This document shows positions 55,279 to 64,000 of a stretch of 64,000 nucleotides of DNA, in pieces. Source of the stretch: Octopus vulgaris (lineage: Eukaryota); the NCBI GenBank assembly GCA_951406725.2, contig OX597815.1:85746001-85810000 (forward strand). The letters run 5' to 3'. Below the pieces are notes generated by a model that was given only the letters and a program-made list of their open reading frames with translations, was not told the origin of the DNA and searched no databases. Position numbers and translations under genes: made by a program. Each line of letters starts with the position of its first letter. Position 1 is the first letter of the stretch.

Positions 55279-55282
<4 letters not shown>
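53993..55282 (+). mobile_element. Full-length mariner transposon (1290 bp)
   Basis: TIRs CGAGGGGCGTTCAATAAGTAATGC / GCATTACTTATTGAACGCCCCTCA, flanked by TA within (TA)n. Confidence 0.95.
54160..55209 (+). pseudogene. Mariner DD34D transposase with one nonsense codon and two frameshifts
   Basis: MEPVECRAVIRF.., TGA at 54286, RSGRP, WIPRLL, TQDETW, LQDNAP, frameshift near 54985, YSPDLAPSDFHLF, frameshift near 55160, GGSYVEKD-stop. Confidence 0.95.
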
Positions 55283-55326
<44 letters not shown>

Positions 55327-55959
55327 CAAAACAAATGAATATGGTACTTAACTTAGATGCACCAGAATTCTTTATGGTATTAACCATAAAAATATGTGGG
55401 GTAATTATAACCAAGAAAAAAGTAACAAGAATGGATCAGTAATTTAGTACAATTGTTTCATACTAAGAATATTTTATTTAAAGCTGCAAATATTACAGCA
55501 AATATAATGTCAAGTATTCATCAGCTAAATCACATATATGTTTTCCAATCATCCTAGAGAGAGTAAATATCCTTATGAAGTGAACTGAACCAGTTTGTTA
55601 ACAACACCTTTCCTCATGTTTTTAAGAAATGTTAGAAATTATCGCGTAATTATTTGCATGGTTTTAATATACAAGATCATACAATCAATATCATGCTGTG
55701 TGTCTCACGGCATTATATGATGGTTTTAGTATCCTCCATAGTTTATTAGTGTATTTGAATGCTTGTTCAATGGTAATATTGACGGAATCTATAACTCTAT
55801 AAATGCATTTATTAGGTAGCATGTGTTATCTTGTGATTTATCAACTGAAATAAGAAATGCTATCAGGAAAGGAAAATGTGTAATGCACACGCACACAATG
55901 ATGCACGCTCTCACATATACATGTTGTTTCTGTATATATATATATATATATATTTTTTT

Positions 55960-56585
55960 TTTCTAAAAAAATTTATCGATGCATATTAAAAAATACCTTT
56001 AAAAAATACCTTTAAAAATACCTTTAAAGGTTAACATTTTTAAATACCTTTGAAAAATACCTTTAAAGGTTAACATTTTTTTTCGAAAAAATTTTATCCT
56101 ACATTAAATATGAATTTAATAGTTTTCACTTCCGGATACTCTCACTCTGTGAGAGCCTCAGTTCAAATCGCACGTGTCTTGAATGGGCTGGAGTATTTCT
56201 ATTTGGGATGTTATTTCGGGTACTTAGTTGTGCTCATGACTTAGTGTTTTGCTTCTTCCATGGGTATGAGTAAGTATCTCATTTATTTCTTTGCCACATT
56301 TATCACTGACGAAGGGAGGGTTCTTACGAACTAACCCTGATATCGGTCCGATATGGTAATAATGGAATTTTTTAGAAATTTCTGTCGCCCTTTTTTCGAG
56401 TAGCGTGCGTATTGTGAAAACTTATATGGTTATGGACAATATGTCCAATTTCGGCATATTTGGCATTAGAAATTTTTTTCGTTTGCCCTTATTTATAAGT
56501 TGTTTATAATTTTAACATTTAAAGGTATTTTTTAATATGCTGGCCATTGATAAAATTTTTTTTTTCGAAAAAAAATTATCCTACA
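55960..56585 (+). mobile_element. Non-coding HHR-bearing element: about 482-bp monomer with terminal redundancy and short inverted copy
   Basis: TTTTTTCGAAAAAA..TTATCCTACA at about 56078 and 56560. 55963-56005 is inverted relative to 56517-56560. Stuttered AAAATACCTTT copies at the 5' junction. Confidence 0.7.
56300..56359 (+). ncRNA. Type I hammerhead ribozyme with a single core substitution (A14U)
   Basis: TTATCA-CTGACGA-AGGG..CCCT-GATA-TCGGTCCGA-TA-TGGTAA. All three helices pair. Confidence 0.75.
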
Positions 56586-56588
56586 GTA

Positions 56589-56644
<56 letters not shown>

Positions 56645-57044
56645 AAAAGGGACAAGAACGCAAAACAATACAGACAGTTTGGTGATACAAGAAAAAGACA
56701 ACAAAACATCCAGATAGACGATACAAAGAAAACAAGGACGGTCATTCGGAGTTTTCTTTCCTCACCCGAGTTCCAAATATATGTATATATATATGGAACT
56801 CGACTGAGGAAAGAAAACGTGATTCGAGAGATATACATTTACTGGAGTCGTTGGTGTTCTGTCTGAAGTCCAAAAAAAAAAAAAAAATATTCACAATTTA
56901 ACATTATGTTAGTGTATCGATATTGTACCTCGTATGTGTTCGCTTTTGTTCTATGTGGAGTGGTTAATGGTTTACGCGTGCTTCTTCTCGATCAACGAAA
57001 GACTAAACGAATTAGATTATTGTGGTCAATATATATACTCTCTT

Positions 57045-57253
57045 TACTATTTTACTCTTTTACTTGTTTCAGTCATTCTACTGTGGCCATGCTGGACCGT
57101 CGCCTTTAGTCGACCAAATCGACCCCAAGACTTATTCTTTGTAAGCCTTGTACTTAATCTATCGGTCTCCTTTGCCGGACCGCTATGTTACGGCGACTTA
57201 AACACACCAGTATCGGTTGTCAAGCGATGTTGGGGGGACCAAACACAGACACA

Positions 57254-57306
<53 letters not shown>

Positions 57307-57462
57307 ATATATATATATATACATATATACGACGGGCTTCTTTCAGTTTCCGTCTATCAAATCCACTCATAAGGCTTTGGTCGGCCCGAGGCTATAGTAG
57401 AAGACACTTGCCCAAGTTGACACGCAGTGGGACTGAACCCGGAACCATGTGGCTCGTTAGCA
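57045..57462 (-). mobile_element. SINE family B, near full length
   Basis: Reverse complement of 61633-62039 with internal (CA)n. Confidence 0.9.
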
Positions 57463-58257
57463 AGACTCTTGCATACATTCGTACGATACACATGTATATA
57501 CATACATACTTTTATATGCATGTGTACGTGTATGTCTATGTAGTTGTATACACATGCACATATACCACATATTTTAAATTATAAAGCCATTAAGTACTTT
57601 GTAGGCTTGATATCCTAACTATAAAAACATACATATAGATATACCTATGCTCGTACAGACACACGCTCACACACACACATTCATGTACATATACAAATGA
57701 CATTTTAGGCTTGGTTTGTACATGCATATATGTAATTGGATAATTCGTCACGAGACTGAATGAACCAATGTATCAAAGACAATAACATGTCGATATTTTG
57801 GCATATTTCCAGATCAGTTTTGACGGCATTACATAAATATCTTTACTCCGTCAACTACTATCTTCCTTCATTTTATTCTCTGTATTGGCACAATATTTAG
57901 AATATCAATGAAAACCAGCCAATCCTAATTTTCACTCTACATAGATTTTCTTGCAAGCAGGCGATATGATTCATGAACAGTTATTGAAATGCCAATAACA
58001 CCCCAGTAGAAGGGTGAATTACAAATGAAGTTGTGGTATTTAAGTTGATCCGTTTCTTCAAGTTTTATTGCAACACGTTGCCTCAACACGTGTCCATACA
58101 TCGTGCATTATTAAAATTATTTCATTTGATTGTATAGTTCAGAATCAGAAATGGATTAATATAAATATAAGGGGATATGAATATGAGTACAGAAGTACCT
58201 GTATGATAAACGCATGTGTTCGAACGCAATATATATATATATATACGATACACATCC

Positions 58258-58379
<122 letters not shown>

Positions 58380-58597
58380 TTGTCTGTCTGTCTGTCCATG
58401 CATCTATGTGAGCAAATATAAATCCTTCCCTTGTCTCTCCTCTGATCTTATAAGCACATGTGAATTCTTACCTATATATATAAATTTATCTATGGAAACA
58501 TGCTTATATAAGAGTACACACAGACGCGCACGCGTTGACACATAAACACACACACACGCACACACACACATACACAGACATTTTTTACCTCTTGGTT

Positions 58598-59055
58598 GTT
58601 TCAGTCATCAGACTGAGACCATACTAGGGCACCGACTTGAAGAAATTTTGTCGAAGGTATATTCGTGCTGTTCTTTTTAAGTCTAGTACTTATTCTATCG
58701 GCTGCATTGCCGAACCGCTAAGTTGAGGACACGTAAACACACCAGCACCGGGTGTCAAGCGGTAGTGTTGGACACACAGTCGCGCGTGCATATAAGTATA
58801 CTGTGTGGGCATATGCATATTCTTGCGTTTTAATATTTAGCAGATGCAACGGAATGACTCAAGAACCGAGAATTTCGTGCATATATATATATACAAGATA
58901 GGCTTTTTTCAGTTTCTGTCTACCATATCCACTCACAAGGTTTCGGTATGCCCAAAGCTATAGTAGAAGATATTTTCCCAAGGTGCCTCGTAGTGGGTCA
59001 GAACCCAGGACCATATAGTTGGAAAACAAACGGCTTACCACATAGCCACGTCTGC
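58598..59055 (-). mobile_element. SINE family B, diverged
   Basis: Tail, core and head recognisable. Confidence 0.75.
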
Positions 59056-59359
59056 ATCTATAAGATAAGCTAAGTAAATTTAAGCAGTGTGATGAGGAAT
59101 TGCTTATGATCACATAAATCTAATAATCATTTGACATTTTGGCACAAAGCCATTAATTTTGGAGAGTTTGTAAGTCGATTATATCGACCCCAGTGCTCAG
59201 CTAGTATTCATTTCAAAATAATGTTCAAACTCTGCCTTTCATCGTTTCGAGGTCGATGAAATGAGTACCATTTGAGTCATTGGGGTCAATGTAATGAGAA
59301 TCAGTTGAGCACTTGTGCCAAAATTTGGAATCAATAATAATAATAATAATCCTTTCTAC

Positions 59360-59537
59360 TATAGGCACCAGGCCGGAAATTTTGGGGAGAGGGGCTAGTC
59401 GATTATATCGACCCCAGTGTTTCACTGGTACTTTGAACTCGGCAGAATTTGAGCTCAGATTGCAGCGACGGGCGAAAGAGCAGCGACAGGCTAAGAATTT
59501 CGTCCAGCGCACTAACCATTCTGCCAGCTCGCCGCCT
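59360..59537 (-). mobile_element. SINE family A copy (another at about 60130-60352)
   Basis: Ends CATTCTGCCAGCTCGCCGCC. Confidence 0.8.
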
Positions 59538-59540
59538 TTC

Positions 59541-59583
<43 letters not shown>

Positions 59584-59612
59584 GTGATAATAATAATAAT
59601 AATAACAATAAT

Positions 59613-59669
<57 letters not shown>

Positions 59670-59692
59670 AATAATAATAATAATAATAATAA
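59541..59692. repeat. Compound (AAT)n(AAC)n(AAT)n microsatellite
   Basis: Directly visible. Confidence 0.95.
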
Positions 59693-60564
59693 CGTCTTCC
59701 TTATTTATCCCAAAGGATTGTCGAAATGATCATGGGTGGCGCAGGATTGTATGAAAAAAAAAGAGAAACGTATAAAAAAGAGAAATAACTAAAAAGAAAA
59801 AGATCAAAACAAAGAAAAATATTCCAGAATACTTTCAACAATTACATGTGGAAACCTTACGAAGGCATGGTCACCCAGACTACTAACTTAAGGGCTCTTT
59901 CAGGTAGCCATGACAAGGCAAAAAAATGTTAATGAAATTATCTGTTATTCCCTTGTCTAGACTCGCTTCTCAGCCATCGTTTCCTCACACACTTCATGAA
60001 CTGTCTATGAATGCGAGGGTTGATGTTCCATCAATAGCATAGTCCAGTTTGTAGTGTGATATATAATATTAGTAATATCAATGTACCATGTGTATCTAAA
60101 TCATTATATCCAATATTGGTTTGAAATAAGGGCACTCGGTCAGCAAATTCGAGGGAAAAGTGAATTTAATTACATCAATCTCAGTACTCAACTGGTACTT
60201 ATTTTAGCGATAAACTTGCACTTATTGTATCGACCCGGAAAAGATGAAAGGCAAAGTAGACTCCGGTGGAATTTGAACTCAGAACATAGAGACGTACGAA
60301 ATGCCGCTAAGCGTTTTGTCCGGCGTGCTAACGATTCTGCCAGCTCGCCGCCTTTGTTATATGCACCGTTGACATATAATAAACACTACTCATATCTGAG
60401 AGCGATATGTGTGGTAATCATATAATATCTAATATCTAAAAGCTTTAGACTTTATTCACAAAACAACCATGTATCTGTTTATTTAATCGGCTATTTATTC
60501 AAATATTTTCTTCATTCACACCTAATTCTCCTAAAGATTTCAACCGTAGTCATATACCTATTTT

Positions 60565-60599
<35 letters not shown>

Positions 60600-60696
60600 A
60601 ATCATCATCATTATTTTATTTCGTTAAGTAGTCTCTAAATTACTTATGCAGTCGTTCTTTCTTATGTTAACTCCTATGGCAATAGATATTGGTTTG

Positions 60697-60768
<72 letters not shown>

Positions 60769-60847
60769 TAGTATGTACGCCGCATGATTAAACTTATCCC
60801 CCACAATCCCAATGTCTCTGAGACCTTTCATACTCCAAATTAGAATA

Positions 60848-60938
<91 letters not shown>

Positions 60939-61015
60939 AACTTGTTTTAAATCTTTCAGAGAGCTATACAGTAACAGTATCGAATAGTAAAGTTTATTTA
61001 CCATATATGTATATA

Positions 61016-61074
<59 letters not shown>

Positions 61075-61084
61075 GCTAACATAA

Positions 61085-61530
61085 CATAAAAAAAGTAGGA
61101 CGCAGTATCGATTTATAAGCCTTTAATAGACTTGTATTATATTATAGATACAAAATGAAATACGGTGTCCCTACCAGCAATTAATATATACATAGCACTT
61201 GCCAGGAATGTGCTTAATATGTAAATTGGTCTATCCAATATTGTTAAACCCCAAAACTTTGTGACTATTTCCGCAATGTGTCCGTGGATGGTCAATGGGT
61301 TGGATGTGGTGAAGAGAGGGAGCAATAACTCCTGAATTATGCATATACATCTATTACTTATTATTGTCTGTCTTCGATCGTATTGTTTACTTAGACTCGT
61401 TCGCATCCGAAACGCAACTTTCAGTGTTGGCTCTAAGTTTTATAGTAGAGATGACTTAAAAGTGATTGAAACACACTGCTAACACAAAAAGTAGGACACA
61501 GACTGGATTTATAAAACTTTAATATGCTTA
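61085..61530 (-). mobile_element. About 400-bp unit with 45-bp terminal direct repeat, possible Penelope remnant
   Basis: AAAAAGTAGGAC..GATTTATAA..CTTTAATA at about 61090 and 61486. Minus ORF HGHIAEIVTKFWGLTILDR..ASAMYI loosely fits the GIY-YIG C-terminus. Confidence 0.35.
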
Positions 61531-61632
61531 GTAGTATAGTATGGCTGCCAAACGAAATACGCTGTTCATGCCAATGTACATACATACATAAATATGTACA
61601 TACATACATACATACATATATATATATATATA

Positions 61633-62037
61633 TGGCTGTGTGATAAGTAGCTTGCTTACGAACCACATGGTTCTGGGTTCAGTCCTACTGCGTGAAACCT
61701 TGGGCAAATGTTTTCTACTATAGCCTCGGGCCAACCAAAGCCTTGTGAGTGGATTTGGTAGACGGAAACTGAAATAAGCCCGTCGTATATATGTATATTT
61801 ATATATATGCATGTGTGTGTATATGTTTGTGTGTCTGTGTTTGTCCCCCCTCCCAGCATCACTTGACAACCGATGCTGGTGTGTTTACGTCCCCTAACTT
61901 AGCGGTTCGGCAAAAGAGACCGACAGAATAAGTACTAGGCTTACAAAGAATAAGTCCTGGGGTCGATTTGCTCGACTAAAGGCGGTGCTCCAGCATGGCC
62001 ACAGTCAAATGACTGAAACACGTAAAATAGTAAAAGA

Positions 62038-62039
<2 letters not shown>
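61633..62039 (+). mobile_element. tRNA-derived SINE family B, best-preserved copy
   Basis: TGGCTGTGTGATAAG A box, GGGTTCAGTCC B box, internal TA/TG tract, LINE-like tail and (TAAAAGAG)n end. Confidence 0.9.
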
Positions 62040-62084
<45 letters not shown>

Positions 62085-62087
<3 letters not shown>

Positions 62088-62970
62088 TTGGAAAAGGATG
62101 CGTGGCGTTCGATCATATGATGATATAAATAATATATAAATATATGCATATGTACATACATATTTGTACATACCTACATTTATATGTATGTATACATGCA
62201 TATATGAGTACAGGGCATAAAAAAAAACGTTGAACACAATGAGAAACGAAAACATAAAAACAAAAACATAGAAACGAACATTTTTTCCGAACAAGGAAAC
62301 AAACAAGCAGAGAAACGAGACATACAACATAAAGAATATTCCCCTTCTTCGTTTGTCCCTGTTTCAACTACTCCACGTTACGAAGGCAAGGACAAGACAC
62401 GACTTTGCTGAAACAATCCTTCCCGCAAAGCAAATTAAATAAAATCTGGGATTTTTTGCGTAGGGTGAAAGTGGTAACAAGAACAGGACAGTAAGAACAA
62501 AACAGTAAAAACAATAAAAAAATATGTAAGTAAAAAAGTAAAAACAGTAAAAGTCAGAACAATGAGAACAAAACAGTAAAAACAAACGGTGAGGGCTGTT
62601 AAGCGAAAATGATGGAAAAATTATTCTGAACGTTTAGAAAGACGAGCTTATGAAGAGACAAGATAAGCACGTTTAGTCTTTACGAAGGTAGTAGTCAGAA
62701 AGATAGATTCCCTTTCGTGACGTGTCAGCGACGAGAGAGTCGAGGAGAAAGAGTGTGAGAGAGGGAACGGTGAATGGGAGAGAAGAATAGGGAAGGGTGG
62801 GAGAGAAAACTAGAAAGGATGATGAAAAAGAGGGGGAGAGAGATAGACAGAGAAGAGATAGTAAAGATAGAAGAGTGCGCATCGTAATTAAGATAAATCT
62901 TACTTGGAAAAGCATGTGGCGTTCGATCATATGATAATATAAATAACATATAAATATATACATACATATA
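62085..62970 (-). mobile_element. Repeat family F: 816-bp unit with about 65-bp terminal direct repeat
   Basis: TACTTGGAAAAG..GTGGCGTTCGATCATATGAT at 62085 and 62901. Body matches 42170-42790. Confidence 0.8.
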
Positions 62971-62980
62971 TGCACATATC

Positions 62981-63026
<46 letters not shown>

Positions 63027-63070
63027 AATATGTAGGTATGTACATATATGTATGTATATATGAATATATA

Positions 63071-63185
<115 letters not shown>

Positions 63186-63265
63186 TGAATTTACAAAAAA
63201 ACAAGAGAGGGAGACAGGTACAACAAACAGGTGTATTAGTTTAACGCTCGGGAAGGTGAGAAAGT

Positions 63266-63301
63266 CTTTTACGTTTCGAGCCTACGCTCTTCAACAGAAA
63301 G
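63266..63301 (-). ncRNA. Minimal hammerhead-like motif (A6U, extra A before helix II)
   Basis: Minus strand: CTTT-CTGTTGA-A-GAGC-GTAG-GCTC-GAAAC-GTA-AAAG. Helices I and II are perfect, helix III is palindromic ACGT. Confidence 0.55.
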
Positions 63302-63397
63302 GATTAAGACGCAAAAAAAAGGAGGGCGAAAAAGATGTGTAAAGATTAACAGTTCAAAATGATGAAAAAAAAATATGTATGTGTGAAATTAACAGCG

Positions 63398-63956
63398 GAC
63401 CTTGAAGCAATCCAGAGAAGAATCACAAAGAAGATCGTCTCTTTGCAACAGCTTAGCTACAGCTTAGCTACCGGGAGAGGTTGAAACAGCTAAGATCCTA
63501 CTCTCTGGAGAGAAGACGGGAGAGGAATGCAGTTATATATATCTGGAAGATCCCGGAAGGAATTGTGATTAATTTTGGCATTGAAAGCTACACCAATGCC
63601 AGAACGGGACGACACTGCATAGTGCCAAAGATCCCAGCAACGCCATCACGCTTCAGGACTAGTTACTACAACACCCTGGGTTTCAAGGGCCCACAGCTTT
63701 TTAATATACTCCCAAAGAGTCTGAGGAACTTGCACAAAGTAGATGTAGCGGTTTTTAAATCAAAGCTGGACCTCTTCCTGTCGAGAGTCCCAGATGAACC
63801 TACCTCACGGAAAGAGGTGCAAATGAGAGTAGCTGTATCAAACTCCATTCTTCACCAAGTGCCACAAAGTAGAGGAGGCTCTTAGTAATAACAGTGTAGC
63901 AAAACGGCGGTGCTTCAGCATGGCCGCAGCTCTGAGCTGACACTAGAGAAAAAAAA
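63398..63956 (+). pseudogene. CR1/L2-type LINE 3' end (ORF2 C-terminus and 3' UTR)
   Basis: LEAIQRRITK..SLERRRER..GPQLFNILPKSLRN..FKSKLDLFLSRVPDEP, stop at 63885, then the tail shared with SINE B. Confidence 0.85.
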
Positions 63957-64000
63957 TACATACATATATATGATAGAACCTCTCGTCGAAGACGATGTAT

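Noticed and set aside
56751-56818. 25-bp hairpin containing CTGAGGA
   Set aside because: No GAAA/UH arrangement with helices. Likely an inverted repeat end only.
56934-57584. 216-aa ORF
   Set aside because: Antisense read-through of SINE B and its (CA)n tract.
61390-61440. Minus-strand CTGAAAG..GAACGAGTC resembling an HHR
   Set aside because: Both core boxes are altered and helix I is not adjacent.

Overview
AT-rich eukaryotic genomic DNA with dense microsatellites. The tRNA-derived SINEs look like those of octopus (coleoid cephalopod); this is recognition from memory, not a database result. I found no convincing host protein-coding gene, and nearly all listed ORFs are microsatellite or transposon artefacts. 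The window is a mosaic of decayed mobile DNA: (1) mariner elements: one full-length with a broken DD34D transposase (53993-55282), one internally deleted, and a MITE; (2) a Tigger/pogo element (31452-33720); (3) LINE remnants of RTE, CR1/L2, L1/Tx1 and R4/Dong type; (4) a 2-kb ORF1-only L1/Tx1-like element with a target-site duplication (TSD), inserted into a SINE head; (5) three SINE families. The main signal is at the RNA level. About ten hammerhead-ribozyme (HHR) motifs occur in several unrelated-looking sequence families. The best formed are 52469-52563, 46709-46785, 56300-56359 and an inverted pair at 31704-31880. Several sit in non-coding 0.44-0.48 kb units with terminal direct redundancy and/or an inverted partial copy, the architecture of Penelope-like pseudo-LTRs (pLTRs) and animal retrozymes. 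A related-looking ~0.82 kb family carries the two HHR core boxes in permuted order. All folds and alignments were done by eye, and boundaries of degraded repeats are approximate.
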